From Acidimicrobiaceae bacterium (lineage in GTDB: Bacteria; Actinomycetota; Acidimicrobiia; Acidimicrobiales; Aldehydirespiratoraceae), in contig VYCW01000087.1 in NCBI GenBank assembly GCA_009843735.1, positions 7,589 to 71,588 on the forward strand: 64,000 bases of DNA, read 5' to 3'. The notes under the pieces are model-generated. The model had not been told where the DNA came from and ran no database searches. It saw nothing but the letters and a program-made list of their open reading frames with translations. The position numbers and the translations under genes are program-made. The first letter of the stretch is position 1, and each line of letters opens with the position of its first letter. Of this stretch, positions 34,895 through 43,127 are shown piece after piece.

Positions 34895-36013
34895 TCAGCC
34901 CAGGGCCTTCACGGGGATCAGCTTGCGCCCATTGGACCCCTGCAGTTCCCGCTCCATCGCTCCCACCGGCGAGCAGGCCTGGCAGCGGGCGCATCCGGCC
35001 GCGACCTTGTCCGCGGTCAGTCCCCGCTCCACCAGGTACGGCGCAACCTTCCGGGCGACCTGATCGACGTAGCCGGCGGCCGGCGGCGTCCAGTCGCCCA
35101 TCAGCGAGCCCGGGACCGGCCGCAGGGGCACGACGAAGGGGTACACGCCTATGTCGGCGGCCCGCCGGCAGCCCTCGACGATGAGGTCCGGGTCCTCTCC
35201 CATGCCCAGGATCACATAGGTGGAGACCTGGCCCTCGCCGAAGCGCTCCACGGCGTACTCCCAGGTCTCGAAGTAGCGGTCGATGCCGGTGCGGTACTTG
35301 GGGGGAGCGACCCACCGCAGCACCTCCGGATCGAAGGTCTCCACATGGATGCCCACCGAGTCGATGCCCCGTGCGGCCACTTGGTCGATCACACTGAGGT
35401 CGTCGGGCGGCTCGAACTGGACTTCGACAGGAAGGCCCGAGGCCTCCTTCATCGCCTGGCCGCACTTGGCCACGTAGAGGGCGCCCTTGTCGCGGCCGTA
35501 GGTGGAGCCTGTGGTCAAGGTGATGTCCACGGCGCCGTCGAGTTCCTTGGCCGCCACCGCCACCTCGGCCAGCTGCGCGGGGCGCTTCACCAGCACGGTG
35601 CTGCCGGAGTCCAGCGACACCCCGATCCCGCAGAAGCGGCACTGATCCTCGTTGCCCCAGTAGGCGCAGGTCTGCAGAACGGTGCTGGCCAGCGAGTCGA
35701 GGTGCATGAGGGCCAGGTGCCAGTAGGGGACGCCGTCGTCGGTGGTGAGACCGTAGAACCGGGGCCGGTCGGCGGGAGCCGCGCCGGCCAGCCGGACGCC
35801 GTCAGCGTAGATCCCGAACCCGACGTCCTCAGGCTCCAGCGAGTAGGGGGAGTCGGCCACGAATCCAGCGTCCACCGGCACCGTCACCGCAGTGCCCTCG
35901 ATCCAGACCATGCCCGCGTCCGACGGCCCGGCACCGCCCGGCCGTCGCTCGAAGGGGGCGTTTATCCGCAGACCCTTGAACTGGAGGTCAATGATGAGTT
36001 CGGCCAGGGACAC
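34895..36013 (-). CDS. Radical SAM protein, proposed MSMEG_0568 family
   Basis: 372 aa. Cys triad C116-X8-C125-X2-C128 (CAYWGNEDQCRFC), TIM-barrel-like core, and a C-terminal CARCQAC. Confidence 0.75.
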   Translation of the reverse strand: MSLAELIIDLQFKGLRINAPFERRPGGAGPSDAGMVWIEGTAVTVPVDAGFVADSPYSLEPEDVGFGIYADGVRLAGAAPADRPRFYGLTTDDGVPYWHLALMHLDSLASTVLQTCAYWGNEDQCRFCGIGVSLDSGSTVLVKRPAQLAEVAVAAKELDGAVDITLTTGSTYGRDKGALYVAKCGQAMKEASGLPVEVQFEPPDDLSVIDQVAARGIDSVGIHVETFDPEVLRWVAPPKYRTGIDRYFETWEYAVERFGEGQVSTYVILGMGEDPDLIVEGCRRAADIGVYPFVVPLRPVPGSLMGDWTPPAAGYVDQVARKVAPYLVERGLTADKVAAGCARCQACSPVGAMERELQGSNGRKLIPVKALG

Positions 36014-36115
36014 TAGACAATTCCTACCACCGGATTGTCGGCTTCGTCGTGTCCGGCGCGGTTCGCCCGACCGTTGTCGCGATCTAGAGCCGGGAGAGCC
36101 CGGATGCTGTCGCGG

Positions 36116-36643
36116 TTAGGGGATCTCGTTCCCCGTGGCGAGGATCAGAGCCGGCACCCAGAACGTGTAGATCGCGGTTCCGGCCAGGACCAGGCCCAGG
36201 AGCTTGGCTTCGAGCTTGCCGTAGGTGGTGAGGGCCACCGACCCGAACGCGACCAGCCACACGATAAGGATCGACTGGAACATCCAGCTGCCGTCGAAGA
36301 AGTCCCACCAGAACATCGGGAGGATGGCCGTCGGCACGGCGAGGTTCCCCACCACGCGCAGGTCCCATCCATTGGCCTCTGTCTTGCCGAGAACCACGAA
36401 GAACAGGCCGTAGAACGTGACCAGTCCGGCGAGGACGACCGACGCGTCGTCCAGCGGCCGGGCCCACATGATGTAGACGGCCTGGACCAGGTTCAGCAGA
36501 CCCACGATCAGGCTGGCGTGCCCGATGCTGACAAGCGGGTTCGTTCCCCCCTCCTTCTGATCGGCGCCCACGCCGAGGAAGTAGAGGGCGTTCAGCCACA
36601 CGATTAGGCCGGTGGCAATGAACACGATGGTTATGGGAGGCAT
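36116..36643 (-). CDS. AmiS/UreI family amide/urea channel
   Basis: 175 aa with six predicted TM helices. Size and W/F-rich pattern are typical of AmiS/UreI. Confidence 0.65.
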   Translation of the reverse strand: MPPITIVFIATGLIVWLNALYFLGVGADQKEGGTNPLVSIGHASLIVGLLNLVQAVYIMWARPLDDASVVLAGLVTFYGLFFVVLGKTEANGWDLRVVGNLAVPTAILPMFWWDFFDGSWMFQSILIVWLVAFGSVALTTYGKLEAKLLGLVLAGTAIYTFWVPALILATGNEIP

Positions 36644-36665
36644 GACAAGCCCCTTCCTGCCCCAC

Positions 36666-36726
36666 CCGACATTTCGGATGAGACATAGTTATTTCCCAAC
36701 CTAAACCCTGGGCGATCAGGCGTCAA
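36666..36726 (-). promoter_or_regulatory. Promoter TTGACG-N17-TAGGTT plus conserved +5..+25 box (ATGTCTCATCCGAAATGTCGG)
   Basis: -35 at 36721..36726 and -10 at 36698..36703, with the box at 36666..36686. Paralogous to 31504..31565. Confidence 0.6.
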
Positions 36727-36779
36727 ACCTGGCGCGGCAACACTCCGGATCCGGGGCCGGCTAACGCCCCGGCGCCATC

Positions 36780-37148
36780 TCAGTGATCGTGATGATGGTC
36801 GTGATCGCCGTGGTCGTGATCGCCGTGGTCGTGGCCCGGTGGGCGGGCCGCGTAGGCCGCGGCCAGCGCGTCCACCTCGGGCTCCGAGACGATCGCCCGC
36901 TCCTCCACGATCCACTCGAGGGCCTCCTGCCAGCGCTCGTAGTAGCGGTACTCCCCCACCGGATCCGACTCCCAGCGCTGCACGGCCGCGATCAGATGGT
37001 CGCGGAAGTCATCCCAGGTGAAGTGGCCACCCTCCACCAGAGCCATGGCCATGGCGAAGCTGCGCCCCTCCCAGGGCGCGTCGAATACCAGCTCACCGTT
37101 GAGCCGGGGCGGAGCGGCCGGGCCTTCGATGTCGAGGGTGAGAGCCAC
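36780..37148 (-). CDS. Nitrile hydratase accessory (activator/metallochaperone) protein with His-rich tail
   Basis: 122 aa. Beta-subunit-like N-terminal region (FDAPWEGRSFAMA) and a C-terminal HDHGDHDHGDHDHHHDH. Confidence 0.8.
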   Translation of the reverse strand: MALTLDIEGPAAPPRLNGELVFDAPWEGRSFAMAMALVEGGHFTWDDFRDHLIAAVQRWESDPVGEYRYYERWQEALEWIVEERAIVSEPEVDALAAAYAARPPGHDHGDHDHGDHDHHHDH

Positions 37149-37158
37149 CGGCGCCCGT

Positions 37159-37755
37159 TCAGCCTGCGCTGACCTTGGCCACCCCCACCATGGCGTCGCG
37201 GGTCACCAGCGCAGCCAGCTCGTCCTCGCCGAGGTCGTCGGTGCCTTCGGGGCGCTGGGGAAGGACCAGGTAGCGGTTCTCGGCGCTGGAGTCCCACACC
37301 CGGACCTCCACATCGTCGTCGAGGTCCAGGCCCATCTCGCTCAGCAGCGTGCGGGGCTCGCGCACCATGCGACTGCGGTAGGCGGGGTCCTTGTACCACT
37401 CCGGCGGCAGGCCCAGTACCGGCCACGGGTAGCACGAGCACAGCGTGCACACCACCACGTTGTGCACGTCGTCGGAGTTCTCGACCACCACGATGTGCTC
37501 GCCCTGGGGTCCGGCGAAGCCCAGCTCCTTGATGGCGCCGGTGCCGTCGGCCAGCAGGTGCTGGCGGTAGTCGGGGTCGGTCCACGCCTTGGCCACCACC
37601 TTGGCGCCGTTCATGGGGCCGACGTCGTTGACGAAACGGTTGATGAAGCCGTCGAGCACCTCGGACTTGACCAGGCCGCGCTCGGTCAGCAGGGACTCCA
37701 GCGCCTCGGTCCGCACCGCGGGCGGGAGCCGGTCGGTGGTGTTGGTGTCAGCCAT
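37159..37755 (-). CDS. nthA: Nitrile hydratase subunit alpha (cobalt type)
   Basis: 198 aa. Metal site [10 protein letters not shown] (Thr and Tyr, as in Co-type enzymes) encoded at 37432..37449. Confidence 0.92.
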   Translation of the reverse strand: MADTNTTDRLPPAVRTEALESLLTERGLVKSEVLDGFINRFVNDVGPMNGAKVVAKAWTDPDYRQHLLADGTGAIKELGFAGPQGEHIVVVENSDDVHNVVVCTLCSCYPWPVLGLPPEWYKDPAYRSRMVREPRTLLSEMGLDLDDDVEVRVWDSSAENRYLVLPQRPEGTDDLGEDELAALVTRDAMVGVAKVSAG

Positions 37756-38415
37756 CTAGGTCGCCTCCAGGTAGCTCTCGAACAGGTCGATGCGCAGCGT
37801 GGCCGCCTCCGCGTCCGGGCCCCACAGCTCGGCGGAGTCGAACTCCACGGTGTACACGTGCTGGGGGTTCTCGCCCTCGAAGTGGGCGTTGGTGTCGGGC
37901 AGCAGCGCGGCGGGGCGCAGCGCGTGGACGGTGCCGGTGCGGCCCCGGATGTAGCCGGGCATCCGGGTGTGGCCGCCGGTGCGAATGTCCTTGGCCCGCA
38001 CCCGGTCAGCCGGTGAGAAGGCGGGCTCGTCGTCGATCTCGCGCAGCGAGCCGGCGCCGCCTCGCTCGTAGACGGGCTTGTTCTCCTCGACGTCGGCGGG
38101 CTCGTCGACCGTCTCCCCCGTCAGGTTCCGGGCCCTGGCCTCCACCGCTCCGGGCGCGAGCACGCCGCTGTCGACCAGCAGCGTCTCGGCGCAGGCCAGC
38201 CAGCGCCCGTAGTAGCCGTCGACCAGGTAGTCGTAGGGATGCAGGCGTTCCAGGCCGTGGCGGAAGGCGTCGAGGTTGGTGCCCGACAGACCCATCGACA
38301 TGGCCCCCATGGCGAAAGCCCGGCCGTGCCAGGGCTCCCGGAAGACCGGCTCGTCGGGGTCGATGGCCACCGTGCCCCAGCCCTGCATTCCGCCCATGTC
38401 GTGGATGCCGTCCAT
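37756..38415 (-). CDS. nthB: Nitrile hydratase subunit beta
   Basis: 219 aa. MDGIHDMGGMQGWG N-terminus. Its stop abuts the nthA ATG. Confidence 0.9.
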   Translation of the reverse strand: MDGIHDMGGMQGWGTVAIDPDEPVFREPWHGRAFAMGAMSMGLSGTNLDAFRHGLERLHPYDYLVDGYYGRWLACAETLLVDSGVLAPGAVEARARNLTGETVDEPADVEENKPVYERGGAGSLREIDDEPAFSPADRVRAKDIRTGGHTRMPGYIRGRTGTVHALRPAALLPDTNAHFEGENPQHVYTVEFDSAELWGPDAEAATLRIDLFESYLEAT

Positions 38416-38463
38416 CGGAGCCTCCCGTTTGCTGGATTCCTCGGTCGCTGACCCGGCGTGTCA

Positions 38464-38469
38464 ACTATA
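38464..38469 (-). promoter_or_regulatory. Candidate -10 box TATAGT upstream of nthB
   Basis: TCTTATAGT on the minus strand, 49 nt upstream of the ATG. The same 9-mer recurs at 45674..45682. No good -35. Confidence 0.3.
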
Positions 38470-38506
38470 AGACAGCGACTCGTCGCAAGAGAAACGCGAG
38501 CGCCCC

Positions 38507-40027
38507 TTACACCAATCCGGCGAGAGTTCGGGCCTGCGCCAGCAGCGCCTCCTCGGCGTGGGCGTAGCGCTCCTGCTCCTCGACGGCCCGGGCCCGCAGC
38601 TGGGCGGCCCGGGCGGTGAACTCCTCGGCCATCGACTTGACCTCGCCGGGGGACGCTCCGCCAGTCGCCCTGCGGGTGGCCACGATACGGCGCGGGTCCA
38701 GGGCGTCGGCCAGGGCGGCCGGGTCGAGCCCGAGCCGCCGACCGCAGACCTCGGAGGCCGCGTCGTCCAGCATCTGCGGTGTGATGTCGAGGCCGGTGAG
38801 CCCCTGGCGGCTGGCTGCTCGCACCGTCCTTCCCACCACGTTGTAGGCCGTGCGGTAGTCGACGCCGCCGGCCACCATCACGTACTCGGCGAGGTCGGTG
38901 GCCTGGGCGAAGCCGCGCTCCAGTTCAGACCACATGCGCTCGGCGTTGACGCTCAGGGTTCTCACCACTCCGGTGGTGAGGGCGCTCACCCGAATGGTGA
39001 AGTCGAGGGCCCTGGGGATCTCGCCGTAGGCGAAGATCAGGTTGTCGCTGCGAGCCGACGGGCTCTTGACCACGGCCAGGAAGCCGCTCATCCGGCCGAT
39101 CAGCACCCCGCTGGCTCCCCGGATGATCGACAGTGCGTAGGGGTTGCGCTTCTGGGGCATCAGCACCGAGGCCCGGGTGAACGGTCCGGCCAGGTCGACG
39201 TAGTCGAACTCCTGGCTGGACCAGATCTCGAGGTCCTCGGCCAGCTTGGCCTGGTTGGCGATCATGCTGGCCGAAGTGGCCAGCAGGTCGATGAAGACGT
39301 CGGTCTGCCACATGGCGTCGCGGGTGTGGGCGATCACGCCGTCGAACCCGAGCGCGTCGGCGATGGCGCCCCTGTCGTCGAGCAGCCGGCTGCCGTTGAC
39401 GCAGCCCGCGCCGCCGGGGCTGGTGTTCACCTGGTCGAGGGCGGCCGAGAACCGCTCACCGTCACGCAGCGCGGGTGGAACGAACGCGAGGAGGTAGTGC
39501 CCGAATGTCGACGGCTGGGCCTGCTGGAGGTAGGTCTGGTCGCCCATGAAGGTCTCAGCGTGGTCGGCGGCGACCGCAGAGGCCGCCGACGCGAAGTCGG
39601 CCCCCACCTCGATGAGGTGTGCCGTCTGGGACCGCAGCAGCAGCCTCAGCGCTACCCGGGCCGCCTCCCGCCGGGGACGACCAGCATGGAGCCACCCGGC
39701 GGAGTCGCCGATGCGTTGCGCGAAGTGGCGCTCCCGCGAGTTGTAGACCTCCCCGGTGGCGGCGTCGTACGGGAAGTCGGCGGGGTCGGTGCGGTGGGCT
39801 TCCAGCAGCACGCCCAGCAGCGCGGCCGCGGCCGGCTCGGGAATGAGGCTCCGGGCCCGTAGGTCGAGCACGTGACCCAGGTCGGCCAGGTTCAGACCGT
39901 GGTGCAGCAGCGGTGCGTCGGCGATCTCCCAGGCGAACCCGGCGTCGACCAGTTCCCGGGCCGGCGCCTCCGACGACGGCCCGGCGAGCCGCGGCACCGG
40001 GTTTGATCCCTTCGGGTCCACACTCAC
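38507..40027 (-). CDS. Argininosuccinate lyase-like fumarate-lyase superfamily protein
   Basis: 506 aa. ArgH-like layout with the signature region SVLMPQKRNP. Confidence 0.75.
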   Translation of the reverse strand: MSVDPKGSNPVPRLAGPSSEAPARELVDAGFAWEIADAPLLHHGLNLADLGHVLDLRARSLIPEPAAAALLGVLLEAHRTDPADFPYDAATGEVYNSRERHFAQRIGDSAGWLHAGRPRREAARVALRLLLRSQTAHLIEVGADFASAASAVAADHAETFMGDQTYLQQAQPSTFGHYLLAFVPPALRDGERFSAALDQVNTSPGGAGCVNGSRLLDDRGAIADALGFDGVIAHTRDAMWQTDVFIDLLATSASMIANQAKLAEDLEIWSSQEFDYVDLAGPFTRASVLMPQKRNPYALSIIRGASGVLIGRMSGFLAVVKSPSARSDNLIFAYGEIPRALDFTIRVSALTTGVVRTLSVNAERMWSELERGFAQATDLAEYVMVAGGVDYRTAYNVVGRTVRAASRQGLTGLDITPQMLDDAASEVCGRRLGLDPAALADALDPRRIVATRRATGGASPGEVKSMAEEFTARAAQLRARAVEEQERYAHAEEALLAQARTLAGLV

Positions 40028-40030
40028 CGG

Positions 40031-41380
40031 TTAGGCCCACTCATCGGTCTCGGCGGATCGGCGGCCGGAGGCGGCGGCTACGACCGCGTCGACCATCGCC
40101 GAGGCTGCGCCGGTCTCGGGCCGGTCCAGACCCTCCAGGTCGGCCGGCGACGCGACATGCTCCAGGACCTCCGTCAGCGGGCGGCCGCTGAGCCGGGCGG
40201 TCCGGTAGGCCTGCTGGAGCTCGTCATTGGCCCGGTGCTTGCCCAGGCGGGCCGACAGGCGCCTCAGCAGTTCCTGGGACCCGAAGTCGCCCATGGTCTC
40301 CAGGTTGGCCGCCATCGCCTCGGCATCCACCTCGATGCTCGCCGCGAGGCCGCGGGCCAGGCCCAGTTGGGCCAGCAAGTAGTGGCCAATCTCCGGCAGC
40401 AGCACCCACTCGGTCTTCCAGGTGCGGCCGTCGCGCTCGTGGTCGCCGACCATGGTCTCGGTGAGCACACCCGAGGCCGAGCGCACCAGCCGGGCGAGGG
40501 TCACGATCTGCTCGCTGCGCTCCGGGTTGCGCTTGTGGGGCATGGTGATGCTGCCCATGGTGGCCTCGGACGCCGCCTCCGCGACCTCGCCGATCTCGCG
40601 CCGCTGGAGGTTGTACACCTCGTTGGCCATCCGGGCCATGGTCGCCGAGACCAGAGCCGAGTTGTTGGCGAACTCGGCGATCCGGTCCCGGGCCGTGAGC
40701 CAAGAGACGGTCGGCTCCCCCAGTTCGAGGCGTTGGCAGAAGCGGCGGCGCAGTTCGGGTCCGAGCTCTCCGTAGAAGCCCAGGGCCCCGACCGCCCCGG
40801 CCAGCTGGCCCACCACGAGGCGGGGACGGCTCTGGCGCCAGCGCTCCAGATGGCGGGCCGTCTCATCGGCCCATGAGGCTGCCTTGAGCCCGAAGGTCAC
40901 CGGAGCGCCCGGCTGGCCGTGGGTGCGGCCCAGCATGGGCGTGTCGCGGTGGCGCCCGGCCAGATCGAGCAGCGAGGCCTCCACCGCCCGCAGGTCTCGC
41001 CACACGATGGCGCCGACGTCGCGCATCTCCAGCGCGGCGGCGGTGTCGGTGACGTCCTGCACGGTGGCGCCGTAGTAGACGTGCTCGCGGGCCTCGGCGG
41101 GCAGCAGGGCTTGCAGCTCGCGCACCAGCCCGATGGTGGAGTGGGACGTCCGGCGGGTCTCCGCGCCCACCGCGGCCGGGTCCAGCCGGCTCGCGTCGAG
41201 GTCTTCTATCGCCGCGGCGGAAGCGGCAGGGATGATCTCGAGGTCGGCCTGCGCGGCGGCCAGAGCCTTGAGCACCCGCACCCAGCGGGACAGGCGGGCG
41301 CGCTCGGAGAACAGGGCCAGCGACTCCGAGGTGGACCACCCGTGGCCGTAGATGGCCGAGTCGATCAGGTGGGCGTCCAC
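40031..41380 (-). CDS. Adenylosuccinate lyase / 3-carboxy-cis,cis-muconate cycloisomerase-like fumarate-lyase superfamily protein
   Basis: GTG 41380 (VDAHLIDSAIYG...) overlaps the upstream gene by 16 nt. GRTHGQPGAP and GSITMPHKRNP signature. 449 aa. Confidence 0.8.
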   Translation of the reverse strand: MDAHLIDSAIYGHGWSTSESLALFSERARLSRWVRVLKALAAAQADLEIIPAASAAAIEDLDASRLDPAAVGAETRRTSHSTIGLVRELQALLPAEAREHVYYGATVQDVTDTAAALEMRDVGAIVWRDLRAVEASLLDLAGRHRDTPMLGRTHGQPGAPVTFGLKAASWADETARHLERWRQSRPRLVVGQLAGAVGALGFYGELGPELRRRFCQRLELGEPTVSWLTARDRIAEFANNSALVSATMARMANEVYNLQRREIGEVAEAASEATMGSITMPHKRNPERSEQIVTLARLVRSASGVLTETMVGDHERDGRTWKTEWVLLPEIGHYLLAQLGLARGLAASIEVDAEAMAANLETMGDFGSQELLRRLSARLGKHRANDELQQAYRTARLSGRPLTEVLEHVASPADLEGLDRPETGAASAMVDAVVAAASGRRSAETDEWA

Positions 41381-42312
41381 GCGCCGTCCTCGGTCCCGGC
41401 CAGCGTGTGGAGGGCGGTGCGCACCTCTTCGAGGGTCGCACCCCACGGCACCATGACGGTGTCGCCGTGCCGCTCCATTCCCTCGTCCAGCATGCAGCAG
41501 CGGCTCAGGACGAGTCCCGCGCCGGCCGCGTCGCCGGCGGCGTCCATGAGCCGGCGGGGGCACCAATCGATGGTGCGGGGAGCGTCGGTCCCGTAGAACC
41601 AGCGGTGGATCTGCTGGGAGCGCTCGCAGCCGAGCAGGGTCGAACCGGCGAAGGACGGGCGCTCGTCGAGGTGCGACACCGAGACCCCCTCGAGTTCGAT
41701 CCCCCCGCCACGGCAGGGAACGATCAGACCCTCCGACGGTTGCGAACCGGCCTCGGCCACCAGCGAGCGGCTGTCGACGATCCACTCGCTCACCGAGATG
41801 GGCGGCAGGTCCTCGGCCGAGTCCAGGACCCTGGCGACCTGGTCAGCCAGCTTGGAGGGCTCCGGTGGCACGACATCCATCACCGTCACCCGGACGGGGT
41901 CGGCGTTGAGCAGGAAGCTCACATGGCGGTACCGGCCCTCCACCACCACGCACCGGTGATCGGGGCGCTGGGCCGCGGCCCGGGCCAGGTGCGATCCGAC
42001 GCCCAGGTCGAGGCTGTCGTCGCGCACGTAGGCGCATTCGGCGGCCGTTGCCAGCACACGGGCGGCGACCGCCTCGGAGAACAGGTCGTCGCTGCCGTCG
42101 CGGGCCAACTCCACCAGCGCGCAGCGTTCGGGGTCGCCATCCAGGCGGGCGATCACGAATCTGGTCCGGTGGTACGCCTCGCGTCCGGTGAAGCGGGCCA
42201 CCAGATCGTCGGGCGACAGGCTGGGAACCGATGCCACCGACACCTGCCGGTAACGGGCCGGCATCACGTTGGGCGCGGCCGGATCTAGCTCGAACACGGC
42301 CTCATGGTCCAC
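41365..42312 (-). CDS. Cys-rich hypothetical protein (family not recognised)
   Basis: About 300-315 aa (GTG 42312 or ATG 42264) with coding-like composition. C-terminal Cys pattern VPCRGGG...GCERSQ...WCPRR...SRCCMLD. Overlaps both neighbours. Confidence 0.6.
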   Translation of the reverse strand: MDHEAVFELDPAAPNVMPARYRQVSVASVPSLSPDDLVARFTGREAYHRTRFVIARLDGDPERCALVELARDGSDDLFSEAVAARVLATAAECAYVRDDSLDLGVGSHLARAAAQRPDHRCVVVEGRYRHVSFLLNADPVRVTVMDVVPPEPSKLADQVARVLDSAEDLPPISVSEWIVDSRSLVAEAGSQPSEGLIVPCRGGGIELEGVSVSHLDERPSFAGSTLLGCERSQQIHRWFYGTDAPRTIDWCPRRLMDAAGDAAGAGLVLSRCCMLDEGMERHGDTVMVPWGATLEEVRTALHTLAGTEDGAWTPT

Positions 42313-43105
42313 CGAGCGACCCCGCGGTGTGGGTGGGAAGGCTGGTCCTGAGGGTGTCGGAGCGCAGCCCGCGCCGGAGCGCCTCCACGCCGAGCACCTC
42401 AGCCGGAGCGATGTTGGCCAGGTTGACGTTCGCGCCCAAGTGGTTGATGAGCCAGGCCTGCTGCTGGCGCCGCGGCGCCTCGTAGACGACCGGCGCGTCC
42501 TCGCCGAGGCGTCCCAGGGCCTCCACCAGGTCGGTGCGAACCGACCCGTCGGCGCCATAGAGGCCCACCGTCCCGCTCTCGCGGCCCTCGGCCACCAGCC
42601 ACGCCGCGCCGCAGTCCAGGTCGCTGCGGGCCTCGTCGAGCCATTCCGACGGCAGGGCCGGCTCATGGGGATCCTTGCTGCCCACCTCCGAGAACACTTC
42701 GAAGCCGTGGCCGCGGGCCGCACCGATCAGTTCGCGCTTGGAAGAGGCCGGCAGGCCGGTAGCGCCCCGCGAGACCTCCACGCAGCCGAAGCCGAGACGG
42801 CGGGACCAGTCGAAGAACTCGGCGCTGCGGCCCTGCCACCACGCTGCTTCCAGCAGGGTCCCGCCCGGACAGGCCTTGACGCCGTGGGTCTCCAGCAACT
42901 CGATCTTGGCTCCGACCGTGCTGTCGATGTAGGCGGTGCCGAAGCCGAACTTCCAGACATCCACGAACGCGCCGTGGGCCTCGAGCAGTTCGCCCATGCT
43001 CTCCAACGGCGTGCCCTTGTCGATTATGTGGGTGATCCCCCGGCGGCGCGGCTTGGTCGTCCGAGCGGCAGTCTCAAGGAACCGGGGAGGCTCGGAGATG
43101 GGCAT
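42302..43105 (-). CDS. Phosphosulfolactate synthase (ComA) family protein
   Basis: KPRRRGITHIIDKG and DVWKFGFGT motifs of the ComA TIM barrel. ATG 43105 lies behind AGGAGA. Tracked TTG start at 43135. Confidence 0.75.
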   Translation of the reverse strand: MPISEPPRFLETAARTTKPRRRGITHIIDKGTPLESMGELLEAHGAFVDVWKFGFGTAYIDSTVGAKIELLETHGVKACPGGTLLEAAWWQGRSAEFFDWSRRLGFGCVEVSRGATGLPASSKRELIGAARGHGFEVFSEVGSKDPHEPALPSEWLDEARSDLDCGAAWLVAEGRESGTVGLYGADGSVRTDLVEALGRLGEDAPVVYEAPRRQQQAWLINHLGANVNLANIAPAEVLGVEALRRGLRSDTLRTSLPTHTAGSLGGP

Positions 43106-43127
43106 CGGGATGATCTCCTGACCGGCG

